Part shown: in pieces, positions 12,504 to 24,605 of the stretch | Numbering within the stretch: the first letter of the stretch is position 1 | Layout of the letters: the number at the start of each line of letters is the position of its first letter | Source of the DNA: Rhynchobatus australiae | Lineage: Eukaryota | DNA: 64,000 nucleotides | Assembly (NCBI GenBank): GCA_034780895.1 | Contig: JAUZTB010000083.1 | Span: forward strand, 9,275,556 to 9,339,555 | Direction of reading: 5' to 3' | Translations under genes and position numbers: made by a program | Notes under the pieces: model-generated | What the model was told of the DNA's origin: nothing | What the model saw: only the letters and a program-made list of their open reading frames with translations | The model's database searches: none

Positions 12504-13621
12504 GTAAGAGCACCGTCCGATGTACTTTGCAAATGGGGCCTTGTGAACCAAAAGTAGAAATGAGAATCGTTGCTCCAATGACCTTGATCTTCCCTGGAAA
12601 CCTGTAATTCCCAACCATTGTGTCCCCATTCCCAACCATTTTGTTTGCTTCCTCCCCAGATCACAGCCAGTTCGGTGACTCGAGATTTTGCCTGCGCACC
12701 TGTAAACCAGCTAGTGCAGAAGGTCATTAATCTGGATGCGGTTCCATTAATGTTGATACAGAATGGGAGGGGCCCATTTGGTTCGTACATGTTCCCTGAT
12801 CATCGTCCCGATCAGCTGCTGTTTCCCTAGAGCTCTGCAGATTGAGCCTTTTAATATTCATCTCTGAATATTTTTGCACTGTGTAATCTGGTGTAAATTA
12901 TGTTCTCTTTATATCCCCTGGGTTTTAATCAGTTTTATTAAATCTGTGACCTTCAGTGACGGATCCTTGTCATAAATGTACCTTCTTATCCTGAAAGCCA
13001 TGAAGGTTCTATTAAACTCTCGGAATTAGACATTCACCTTGAAATTGCCTTCCTCTTGGTTTCTCCCCGTTTCTCCCTGCTTCTCCCTGCCTAGTAGTTT
13101 TGGCTTGAAGCAAAGTGATTTCCAATTCTGGAGAGTTTATTCTTATTCACCACCTCACCAGTAGATCCTCTGAATCCAGGTTTTATGCTGGAGTTGGCAT
13201 GCCCTCCACACTTTGGAGTTACCCTGGTACCAAAATAAATTGATCCTTGATCAGCTGGTATTGAACACTCTCACTCTCTTCACAGAGGAACAGCTTTTGC
13301 AGTTCATTTGCCGTTTCTTTCCCCACTCCATGTCCATCTCCTTTCCTGGACCCCTTCCCACATGAGGATCGGCAATATTGATTGCAGCTCCTCCTCACTC
13401 TCTGATCCCAATGAGAATAGGATTAGGCTTGGCTGTGATGTATCCCACTGTCACCAGGATGTGGTCTCATCCCTGGGTGAGGTATCCGTGTGAGCAATGC
13501 GTCAGATTGGCATTATCTGGGGGTGATGTTGGTGGGGACAGAGTGCTATGTTGATGGGTTCAGCCGTGAGTTTGTGTTGCCCTGCCTCTGATGCGGTTCC
13601 TCTGATTGTAACCCTTTGCAG

Positions 13622-13691
13622 GCATCCTCATTCAGCAGCGTCACTGATTCAACAATGTCCCTGAACATCATCACAGTCACTCTAAACATGG
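13622..13691 (+). CDS. DVL2: DVL2 exon 7 (start of PDZ)
   Basis: tttgcag|GCA TCC...ATG G|gtaagt; ASSFSSVTDSTMSLNIITVTLNM. Confidence 0.96.
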
Positions 13692-13949
13692 GTAAGTGGG
13701 TCACTGCTGGTGTTTTCTGAGGCTTGAGGGTCTAGCTTCTATCACAAAGTCCCCATGCTGTCATAGTTGGCCACCTTTAGCTCTAGAGATGAAACTGTAT
13801 CGTACAATGGGAGAGTTTAGATTGTGTGGCTCACAGTCACAGGTTGAGGCTGATGCTGCCTGTGCCAGTGCGAGGGAAGGTGCTATCTTTGGGTAAAACA
13901 ATGAACCCAAGTTCTTAGTCACAGTCAAATAGTCATTCAGCACAGACTG

Positions 13950-14245
13950 TTCCAACCATCAACCACCCATTTATATTAATCCTACATCATCTTTATTTTA
14001 TTCTCATCAACTCCCTCCAGATTTTACCACTCACTTGCTCACTAGGGGCAGGTTAGCAGTTAACCTACCAATTAACCTACCAACCCACATGTCTTTGAGA
14101 CATGGGAGGAAACCGGAGAACCTGGGGAAATCCTACATAGTTGCAGGGAGAATGTACAAACTCCACATACAGACAGCTCCCAAGGTCAGGAGCAAACCTT
14201 GGTCTTTGGTGTTGCAGGGCAGTGACTCTACCTGTTGCACCATTG
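13950..14245 (-). mobile_element. V-SINE (HE1-like), minus strand
   Basis: Reverse complement of the V-domain core (gggaggaaaccggagaacctggggaaa...aaactccac). Further minus copies at about 22180-22320, 23095-23430, 29885-30150, 31935-32215 and 54035-54330. Confidence 0.8.
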
Positions 14246-15429
14246 TAGGATGGTATGACGAAGAAAACCACAGATTTCTCTCCAACATCCTACCTGATGT
14301 ATCTCCCTCATTCAGCCATACCAAAATAAATGATCCAGACCATTTTTGGGAGCCCACTGGGTGAAAAATAGAGCTAATTATCCTTGTACCAAACTGCAAA
14401 ATAATTTGAAATGTCCTGTGATCCCAATAAATGCTTTAGAAACTTGAGTATAAGAAACACAAATTGGACCTGGAGGTACAGCAAGTAATTCGGAAGGCAA
14501 GTGGAATGTTAACCTTTAGTGCGTAAGGGACAGTGTACCAAAGAAATCTTGCTCCAATGTGTTGGCATCCTGAGGCACTGCAAACGGTTTTGGATTCCTG
14601 AGTTAAGAATGGACGTTCTTGTCTGAAAGCAGTGCAGCAAAGGTGGTTGTGTTAGGAGCCATAAACAGTGGCTTTTCCCCAGGGTAAAGGAGTCTAGAGC
14701 TAGAGGGCATAGGTTTGGTGAGAGGGGAGCAATTTAAAGGGACCTGTCTTCACACACACAGCAGTGGTTATATGGAACAAGCCGCCAGAGGAGCTGGTGG
14801 AAGCAGATACAATTACAACGATTAAGAGACATTTGGATGGGTTCTTGAGTGGGAGAGGAATAGAGGGATACAGACCTAGTCTGGGAAAATAGGACGAGCA
14901 TAGATAGGCATCACAGTTGGCATGGACGAGTTGGGCTGAAGGGCCCATTTCTGTGCTGTGTAACTCACTGTGAAGTTTAGATAAATGAGAGATCTTCTTA
15001 TTTGAAAGGTAAGATTCTGAGGTTGATGGTGAAAGGGTGTTCCATCCCTTGAAGGATTCTAGGATTAGGAGGCNNNNNNNCAAGGTAAAGGGTTGCCTGT
15101 TTGATATTGAGATGAATAGGAATTTCTTCCCTCTGGGTAGGGAACCTTCGGAATTCCCGTACATCAGAGCTGTAGAGGCTGCAGCATTAAATATATACTC
15201 AATATGAAATATAAGGGGCAGGCAGGAAAGTGGAAGCGAGGCCAAGATAGATCTGCCCATGATTGTACTAAATGGCAGAGCAGGCTAGAGGGATTGCAGG
15301 GCCACTCCTGGTCCTAACACTTATGTTCTTATTAGAAATTGTACAGATAATTACTTTTTTTTGCACTTTGCTAGTGTCCTGGTCATCAAGAAAAAAGGAG
15401 ATAACCCTTCTGTTTTTAACCATCTCCAG

Positions 15430-15569
15430 AGAAGTACAACTTCTTGGGCATCAGTATTGTCGGTCAGAGCAACGAGCGAGGGGACGGAGGGATTTACATC
15501 GGCTCGATAATGAAAGGAGGAGCAGTGGCAGCGGATGGTAGGATCGAACCTGGGGACATGCTGTTGCAG
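15430..15569 (+). CDS. DVL2: DVL2 exon 8 (PDZ)
   Basis: tctccag|AG AAG TAC...TTG CAG|gtaacc; [47 protein letters not shown]. Confidence 0.97.
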
Positions 15570-16104
15570 GTAACCGAGGGCCTGTCTGTGTGATGGGCTG
15601 TCGGTGGGCTTTCACCGAAGGACTCTGATCCAACCAGGCTCTCCCCTTCAGAAGCAGGAGTGCAGCACGTCACATTTGGCCAGTCTGTACACGGAGATCT
15701 TATTAAATGGGGCAGCATTGTAATTAAACTTTAGCCCTCACCCCCATCACACATTGACAGTGTGGGTTCCTACTGGACTATAGCCTCCAATATTGCTCTC
15801 AGTGACCTACCCTGAGGTAGAGATGTTCCTCGTGTGAACCTGGATGGTGGGCAGCTTTGTCGGCTGGGTGAGTCTTCATCAAACCTGGTCAATCCCTCTT
15901 CACATACCCCCTTCCTTTCAGTGTGGTAACCAAGGGAGAGGAGTGTTGCTGGCTTGGCTTTCTGTCTTTCAACAAGGAATCTGAGGCCTTGTATAATTTA
16001 CCTGTTCCTCCTCCCACCCCATTCTGCTCACATTCATCATGCTGACCACAAGATTGGAGCTGGAAACAGGGATCTCGTGGTTCAGTGCCACATTATACAG
16101 AGCT

Positions 16105-16465
16105 ATTGGTTTATTAATGTCATGTGTACCGAGTTACAGTGAAATGCTTCTGATTGTGTGTCATCCAGACAGATCATTCCATACATAAGTACATCGAATG
16201 CACAATATAGTGTTACTGTTACAGAGAAAGTGCAGTTAGACAAATAAAGTGTAAGGACTACAACAAGGTAGACAGAAGATCAAGAGTTCATCTGTTAGCA
16301 TATGAGAGGTCCCTCCAAGAGGCTGATAACAGTGGGGTGGAAGCTGTCCTCAAGTCTGCTGGTACTTTTCCAGCTTTTGTATCTTCTGCCCAATGAGGGG
16401 GTTGGGCGGGGGGGAGAAGCAAGAAAGTCCAGGGTGGAGGGGTCCTTGATTATAGTGGCTGTTTN
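16105..16465 (-). mobile_element. Rex1/Babar-type LINE 3' fragment
   Basis: The minus strand resembles the ...GRRYK...TSRLEDSFHPTVISLL C-terminus plus 3' UTR (gtcatgtgtaccgag.tacagtgaaa). Related copies at about 24950-25345, 30665-30900, 32445-33020 and 63430-63545 (+). Confidence 0.65.
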
Positions 16466-17148
16466 NNNNNNNNNNNNNNNNNNNNNNNNNNNNNNNNNNN
16501 NNNNNNNNNNNNNNNNNNNNNNNNNNNNNNNNNNNNNNNNNNNNNNNNNNNNNNNNNNNNNNNNNNNNNNNNNNNNNNNNNNNNNNNNNNNNNNNNNNNN
16601 NNNNNNNNNNNNNNNNNNNNNNNNNNNNNNNNNNNNNNNNNNNNNNNNNNNNNNNNNNNNNNNNNNNNNNNNNNNNNNNNNNNNNNNNNNNNNNNNNNNN
16701 NNNNNNNNNNNNNNNNNNNNNNNNNNNNNNNNNNNNNNNNNNNNNNNNNNNNNNNNNNNNNNNNNNNNNNNNNNNNNNNNNNNNNNNNNNNNNNNNNNNN
16801 NNNNNNNNNNNNNNNNNNNNNNNNNNNNNNNNNNNNNNNNNNNNNNNNNNNNNNNNNNNNNNNNNNNNNNNNNNNNNNNNNNNNNNNNNNNNNNNNNNNN
16901 NNNNNNNNNNNNNNNNNNNNNNNNNNNNNNNNNNNNNNNNNNNNNNNNNNNNNNNNNNNNNNNNNNNNCCAGGCCCTTCAGTATTCAGTTGGTTTCACCA
17001 GTTGAACTTGTTCTGGGATAGCTGTGTTTAATATTGAAATGGTTGTGTACTCATGGTTCCTGGGTGTAGTTGAAAGGTGTGGGTAAATTGTTATACCGGG
17101 TGGGATACTTCCTTCAGCACTCACTCCAGGTCCTCCTGTCTCCTGAAG

Positions 17149-17225
17149 GTAAATGACATCAACTTTGAAAACATGAGCAATGATGATGCTGTGCGGGTTC
17201 TGAGGGAGATTGTGCACAAGCCTGG
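17149..17225 (+). CDS. DVL2: DVL2 exon 9 (PDZ)
   Basis: cctgaag|GTA AAT...CCT GG|gtaagt; [25 protein letters not shown](G). Confidence 0.96.
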
Positions 17226-18210
17226 GTAAGTAACACCAGAACTGCTGAATCCTTTATCCCTCCTCTCCCACCTCTCATTGCAAGGAAAGCCAGTGTTGGC
17301 AAGGTTTCCCCAGCCTGAGTGAAGAACCTTTTCTCTGCAAGGGCAATGTTGGGAAGCACCACTTCCCATAAAGGAGAGAGGAAATCTGAAACTCTTCACT
17401 GAAAACTGACAGGGCCAGGGATCAGTTGTGAAATCGGCAGATTTTATTTTAAGTGCAAGGATATCGGGGGTTACGAAGCAGATGGCATTGAGATCTGCTA
17501 TAGAATGGGACAACCAGAGCTGGTGTGAGCTTCAGGGCTTACTGATTCAGCAATTGTGAGCAGGAAATATTCAGACAAGAATCTTAAATAAGAATATAAA
17601 ATGCTAGAAATGGTCAGCAGCATCTACAGCCTGAAATGTGAACTAATTTCTCTCTTTACGGAAGAAACTGATCAAATCCAGTTTTGTTGTTTGTGGTTAT
17701 ACTTAGCAAGACAGCCAGCTTGGCCCAACAGGCTCACACTCTCGGAAAAGAGCAAGCAAGGGAGAGACGCCCCAAGATAATAAGTGGACAAATAATGCTG
17801 ATTTCACCTTGAGTGTAATTTCATGTTAAACTGTGGGGGTAGAGCAAGAAAACGCAGGAGGGAACAGTGGTGGGAGAATGTTGACAAGCTGCACACAAAC
17901 GTGTCAAACCCTGGAATGGGGAATGGCGGGGGGGGGGCGCGTGGGGGGAAGTCAGGCATTGCTTCACAGGCAGTGAGACATTATAATGGGGACAAGCCTT
18001 GGGATGAGAGATACGAGGATGAGTAAGTCTTAGCCCTTGAGTGGCTGAATGTGATTGAAGCAGATTTTACATCTGGATCTGTAAGTCTGTGTGACCTTTC
18101 CTCATTTTCCCTCTCCTATTGTGCTCTTTGTGCTGCATTTTCACCCGTTTTAGTGACTCTGTACTTTGTACTTTGTTCAACGGTAATCTGTGTGCTTTTC
18201 CTGTTTTAAG

Positions 18211-18278
18211 GCCAATCATTTTAACAGTTGCCAAGTGCTGGGACCCATCGCCTCAGGGTTATTTTACATTGCCCAGAA
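18211..18278 (+). CDS. DVL2: DVL2 exon 10 (end of PDZ)
   Basis: ttttaag|G CCA ATC...AGA A|gtaagt; [22 protein letters not shown]. Confidence 0.96.
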
Positions 18279-18449
18279 GTAAGTATCACACCAGCTGTTT
18301 GAAGACTTAACCTTTCACTGCATTAAAGAGCAGAATGTTCTGTGCCACCTTGATAGATTTTTATTGGTGGCATGTGTAAGTAACATTTTAATGGCTCAAG
18401 TTCAGGACAATTAGTGACTTTTTTATTTAATCAGGTCACACAAAACATG

Positions 18450-18940
18450 ATTTGGGTACAGAGCCAAATTTCCCTCGCATTGTCCCATCACATCTTCCCA
18501 GGTAGTGTAGGTATGGGTTAGCTTCAGATCTAATTCCATCGTCATTCTACCAGGGAAGTCACAGTATACCTTTGGGTACAGAGTAAAGCTCTCTCTACCT
18601 GCAGCAGTCACAGTATGGCTTTGTATAAAACTGTCTCTTGACTGACTCATCAAACACAGGCAGAGGAAAATATGGCATAGATAAAGAGTAAAGATCCATC
18701 TTCACTGTCCCATCAAACACTCCCAGGGCAGAGAGACTGTGGCTTAGATATGGAGTAAATTNNNNNNNNNNNNNNNNNNNNNNNNNNNNNNNNNNNNNNN
18801 NNNNNNNNNNNNNNNNNNNNNNNNNNNNNNNNNNNNNNNNNNNNNNNNNNNNNNNNNNNNNAAATTTTTTTTTCAGGCACTGTCCTGTCAAAGATTCCCA
18901 GGGCAGGGGCAGCAAGAGTTAGAGCAAAGCTCCCCTGGCA
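18450..18940. repeat. Degenerate tandem repeat (unit about 70-80 bp) in DVL2 intron 10
   Basis: Recurring motifs tacagagtaaagct / cactgtcccatcaaacactcccagggcag in several decayed copies, spanning a 100-N gap. Confidence 0.65.
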
Positions 18941-19356
18941 TGGGGATGTATTAGATTTTTTAGAATGTCCCTGTTGGAAGGACCCTGTCTGGTTACCATG
19001 TTAGGAACAGGATGCTGAGTTAGGACAAGATCAGGGATGCGACAAACATTCCCCTGTCCCCACCTGTTTGTCTAACCTTTAGACTCTCAATGTAGTGCTC
19101 ACATACAGACTGCCCACTCATGTGAACACAGGGCATCCAGTGCAAGGGGTATGGTGCCATCAGGGGTGGATACATCGGAGGGAGAAACAAATAGAAAGGA
19201 CCACATTTGTTCTGGTATGTTGCTGCATGTTTAGCTGCATCCCTTGGTGAGTTCCAGTGTTGATCATTGCTCTTCCTCTGTGCTTTTACTGTCTCCCCCT
19301 CTCCTCTCCAGGTGTCTTTCACTCACTGACAAGATTCTTTGTGCCTCTTTCCCTAG

Positions 19357-19491
19357 ATGAGCCAATCAGACCAATTGATCCGGCTGCTTGGGTTTCCCAT
19401 TCTGTTGCCTTGACAGGAGCATATCCAGCTTACGGTGCCAGTTCATCTATGAGCACAATAACTTCAAGCAGCTCAATCACTGAAACCGAGC
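19357..19491 (+). CDS. DVL2: DVL2 exon 11
   Basis: tccctag|AT GAG CCA...GAG C|gtaagt; [45 protein letters not shown]. Confidence 0.96.
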
Positions 19492-20759
19492 GTAAGTGAC
19501 TTCCTCATCATGGGAAAGAAGTTAAACTCTGTAGATATCGATTATGTTACTATACAGCCCAATTTGTTTGGAACTTCCTGATAGAAGTGACACCCATCTT
19601 TTAGCAGGTGAGGTGCAATGTTCTCCTTGTGGCTATCTTTAAGTGCTTCATCAGTGACCATCAGGTTGTTGTAAGGCTGGAAGTGTTGGCTGATGATTGC
19701 ACAACATTTATTTCCATTCACCACTTCCTGGATAATGGAGCAGCGTGTGCTGTCCATGTAACCATGGACCAATTCAAACTTGGGCTGAGGAATGGCAAAT
19801 GACCATCTCCATTGGCTGTGTCCCTCCCTCCACGTCATGCGCCGTACTTTAGTGCTGTAGGATCTAAACACTGGCCATCTCCACCCAGCAGATGTGTGAG
19901 AGACCTTCACCTGATGGACTGCAATGGTTCAAGAAGGCTCCACCACTTTCTCAAAGGCCACCAGACATAGGAGCAGCGTTGGGCCATTCGGCCCTTCGAG
20001 TTTGCTCTGCCATTCGATCATGGCTGATTTATTTTTTTCCCTCTCAATCCCATTCTCCTCCCCATAACATTTGACACCCTCACTAATCAAGAACCTATCC
20101 AACCTCCACTTTAAAGGTACCCAAAGACTTGGCCTCTACAGCCGTCTGTGACAATGAATTCCACAGATTCACCACCCTCTGGCTTAAAAAAAAATCCTCC
20201 TTATCTCTGTTCTAAAGGGATGTCCTTTTACTCTGAGGCTGTGCCCTCTGGTCCCAGACTCTCCCACCACTGGGAACATACCTCTGCATCCACTCTATCC
20301 AGGCCTTTCAATATTCGGTAGGTTTCAATGAGATCCTCCTAAACTCCAGTGAGAACAGGCCCAGAGCCATCAAGTGCTCCTCATACATTAACCCTTTCAT
20401 TTTTAGATCATTCTTGTAAACCTCCTCTGGACCCTCTCCAATGCCAGCACATCCTTCCTTGGATATGGGGCTCAAAACTGGTCTCAATACTCCAAATGTG
20501 GTCTGACCAATGCCTTACCAGTACCGTCAAACCAAGGCAATAACTATTGGCATTGTCAACAGTGCACACATCCCATAAGAGACTAAATTTAAAAAAAACG
20601 GATACAGCCTGCTACATCTTCCCTCCTGTCCCCGGGTTAGTAGTGATGAGTTGGTAGATACTGTGGTATGTAAAGGTGGGCAGTGAGAGTAAATGAAGTG
20701 GATGACCCTGATCTCTCTCAGTTTCCGTCCTGTAATCGTTTTTTGCAATCTCTCCCCAG

Positions 20760-20891
20760 GGTTTGATGACTTTAATCTGTCGATCCACACAGATATGATG
20801 TCGGTTGCTAAGGCCATGGCTTCCCCGGAGTCTGGCCTTGAAGTTCGAGACAGGATGTGGTTGAAAATTACAATCCCCAATGCATTTTTAG
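20760..20891 (+). CDS. DVL2: DVL2 exon 12 (start of DEP)
   Basis: tccccag|GG TTT GAT...TTA G|gtgggt; [44 protein letters not shown]. Confidence 0.96.
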
Positions 20892-22457
20892 GTGGGTTAT
20901 TTGTTAACAGGCATTTAAAACCCAGTATGCAGGATGTCCACGTTTCTGCGATCCCAAGCACGAGATGCGTGTTGTCCAATCCCCCATTCTCAGGGAGATT
21001 TGTACATAAATCCATGTCTTTCATTCTGCTTCCTTGGGAAGGTATCAACTCCCTTCCATCAGAGAGAGCTCAATATTCAGGCTAATGTTGCAGTGGGCCT
21101 CTTCTGTGTTATCTGTGTANNNNNCTGGTGTGATGCAATCCCTCAACATTTTGACTGGTGTTGTGCTCCCTTTCCCTGAAGATGTTGGAGAACTTGTTTG
21201 ACTCTGTTCCCAATATTGATATGTAACTGATGGGGAGGTTTCAATGCACTAACGTGATTTAGTCCCCTCTTCCTTGGGGGGAGAGATCAGGACACCAGTG
21301 GTGTTTCTCCTTCCTCCTTTAGCGGAGATATTGGTACCCTGGTTAGTGGCTCTGGCTCTGTTCCGGGCTGCCTGTGATACTGTTCCTTTGCCAATGAAAA
21401 TCACAAAGCTCCAGATGCTGAAAATCTGAAATAGAGTTGTACAGGACAGAAACAGGCCCTTCAGCCCACTGAGTCTATGTGAGCCATCAACCACCCAGTT
21501 ACACTAATCCTGTACCATTACTCCCCCCGTATTCCCATTCCACCATACAACTGTAGGGTACAGGAACAGGCCCTTCGGTCCACAATGTCTGTCTTGACCA
21601 TGATGCCAAGTTAAACTAATCCCATCTGTCTGCACCGTCCATATCCATCTATTCCCTACCTGTTTATATGTCTGTCTGAATGCCTCAAAATTGCTATAGT
21701 GTCTGCTTCCACCACCTCCCCTAGCAGGCTGTCCCAGGTACCTACCACTCCCTGTGTGTTTAAAATAAACACTTGCCTCCCAAATCTCCCCCTCTCACCT
21801 TAAACCCACGTCCTGTAGTATTTGACATTTCCACCCTGGGGCGGAGAGCCTCTGACTGTCTATCCATGCCTCTCATAATTTTATATACTTCTATTTGGTC
21901 ACCCTTCATCTTCCAACACTCCAGAGAAAACAACCCAAGTTCGGTTCAACCCCTCCTTATTGCTAAAGTCATTGGTGAGGGAGCCATTGACTGTACTAAT
22001 CTAAACTATAAAAATTAGCTTCTACCTTCATGCATAAACAATAGGATTTGCCATTCTTTATAGCTCCTGATAGCTGCTACACTCTAATCCAGGCAACATC
22101 CTAGTGAACCTCTTCTGCACCCTCTCCAAAGCCTTCATATCCTTCCTATAGTGGGGTGATCAAAACTGTACACATACACCAATTTACTGTGGCCCATCAA
22201 TTTGCCAGTCTTTGGGAAACCCACACAGCCACAGGGAGAACGTGCAAACGCCACGCACACAGCACCAGAGGTCGGGATTGAACCCGTGTCTCTGGAACTG
22301 GGAGATGCATCACTCTGCCACTTTTTGGGTTGAAGAGGAAGGTTAATCCTGTTCCCCTTCCCACAGTTGCTGCCTGATGTGCTGAGTATTCCAACATCTT
22401 CTGATCCCTTTATTCCTTTGCCCTGTGTTCTACCACTGAACCTTGTCTCGTTCCCAG

Positions 22458-22634
22458 GCTCCGATGTCGTGGATTGGCTTTACCACCACATTGAGGGCTT
22501 CCAGGATCGCAGGGAGGCCAGGAAGTACGCGAGTAACCTGCTGAAGGCGGGTTTCATCCGCCACACCGTGAACAAAATTACCTTCTCCGAGCAGTGCTAC
22601 TACATCTTCGGGGACTTCAGTGGCTGCGAGAATT
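22458..22634 (+). CDS. DVL2: DVL2 exon 13 (DEP)
   Basis: ttcccag|GC TCC GAT...AAT T|gtgagt; [59 protein letters not shown]. Confidence 0.97.
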
Positions 22635-23689
22635 GTGAGTGAGAGAGAGGGGGAACCTCAGTCTGACCCCTTGGGCAGGGAGAACATCCTGGGACCTCAT
22701 CTGGAACATCTGCATTTGGTTCTGAACATTGACAAAATGGAGAGTGGTGCATTACAGATTTGCTCCAGTTGCGCTGGAGCTGAGAGGGTTAAATCCCAAG
22801 AACACTTTGTACAGACGTTACCCCGCGGAAGATGATTTGGTTCAGGGGTTTAAGATGGTTACAGGATTATGTTACAGCAGGGAGAGAAACTGATCTCTCT
22901 AGTGAGAGGATGTGGTTCAGAACAAGGGTTCAGGACCGTAAAATTTCCACCTTTTCTTACAACATGAGTTCATTCAGCCCATCGAATCAATGTTGGTTCA
23001 CAGAGCAATTCCATTCTCCTGCTAATTTGCCCTGTGACCCATTCCCCCCCATATTTCCATCAGCTCCCCCCTCCTTCCCCTCCCAGATTCTACCCCTCAC
23101 CCACACACTAGCGGGGCAATCTACAGTNNNNNNNNNNNNNNNNNNNNNNNNNNNNNNNNNNNNNNNNNNNNNNNNNNNNNNNNNNNNNNNNNNNNNNNNN
23201 NNNNNNNNNNNNNNNNNNNNNNNNNNNCACACTAGCGGGGCAATCTACAGTGGCCAGTTGACCCACCGACCCTGCCAGTCATTGGGCTGTGGGAGGAAAC
23301 TGGAGCTCTGGGGAAAACACATGGTCACAGGGAGAACATGCAGACAGACTCCACACAGACAGTACCGGAGGTCGGGATCGAACTGGGTCTCTGGAGCTGT
23401 GAGGCAGCAGCTCTACCTGCTGTGCCACTCTGGAAGCCAGGCTGTGTGGGAGTGATTGCAGGATGCATTTCCCCACACACAGGTGGGTGGTAATCTGGAA
23501 CTCACGTCTCCAAAGGCTGGGTGGAAGTTTCAGGGCTGCAAATTCTGTATGGTCATGGGAATGAGGATCACAGAACCACAGTGGGACATGGAGTTAGGAT
23601 GCAGATCGGCTGTTATCTTGTAGAATGGCGGAGGACGGTGTGACTCTTTCGTGCTCCTGCAGTTTCCCTGGATGGTTTTTGTTTCTAGA

Positions 23690-24105
23690 GCTGGAACTGG
23701 AGGGCTTGAGTTATCAGGAGAGACTGGGACTGTTCTCCCTTGAGTGAAGGAGGCTGAGGGGGGACCTTATGGAGTTTTATAAAATGATGAGGGGCAGAGA
23801 TAGGATGGATGATCAGTCTTTTTCCATGGGTAGGGGCAATCTAAAACTAGAGGGCACAGTTTAAGGTGAGGGGAAAGATTTAAAAGGGGACCTGAGGGGA
23901 ACTTTGTCACACAGAGGGTAGAGGGTATATATGCAACGAGCTGCCAGAGGAAGTGGTGGAGGTGGCTACAGTTACAGCATTGAAAAGACATTTAGACAGG
24001 TACCTGGACAGGAAAGGTCAGAGGGATAGGAGACGAGCTCTGGTAGGCAACTTAGTCAGCATGGGTGAGTTGGACCAAAGGGCCTGTTTCCATGCTGAAC
24101 ACTAT
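23690..24105 (+). mobile_element. CR1 LINE 3' fragment
   Basis: aggctgagggggacc...actagagggcacagtttaaggtgag...gagctgccagaggaagtggtggagg...aaagggcctgtttccatgctg. Similar + copies at about 8385-8690, 14470-14970, 25680-26125 and 37145-37435. Confidence 0.85.
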
Positions 24106-24377
24106 AGAAAAATCAAGAACAATGAAGTGTTGAAGTAGCCCAGGGCACTTGAAAACTGAGGGGAGGGGGGAGAAGGAGAGCAGGTGGGAGTGGTTGTCCA
24201 AGGAGAATCTGTGGAGTGGGGTGAGGCAGCATTGCCGGCTGGATCTGACTGATGCCCCGTGGAGGGAGGAGGGTTTGAGCTGGAGGTGGGGCTCAGAAGA
24301 AGCGAGGGGATGGTTGATTGAGCTGCTGCTGGTTGGACTCGCCTACAACGAGCTAATTGTCTTCCTTCTTGATCCAG

Positions 24378-24605
24378 ACTTGGCCAACCTCTCGCTGAAT
24401 GACAACGATGGCTCGAGCGGTGCATCGGACCAGGACACGCTGGCACCCCTCCCACACCCAGGGAGCACCCCCTGGCCGATAATGCATTCCTTCCAGTACC
24501 CCTACCCACCGCCGCACCCCTACTCCACGCAGCCACCCAGCTACCACGAGCTGACCACCTACAGCTACGGAGGGGGTGGGAGTGCTGGCAGTCAGCACAG
24601 CGAAG
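24378..24605 (+). CDS. DVL2: DVL2 exon 14 (PY/YHEL motif region)
   Basis: gatccag|AC TTG GCC...GAA G|gtaagt; [26 protein letters not shown]...[25 protein letters not shown]. Confidence 0.96.
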
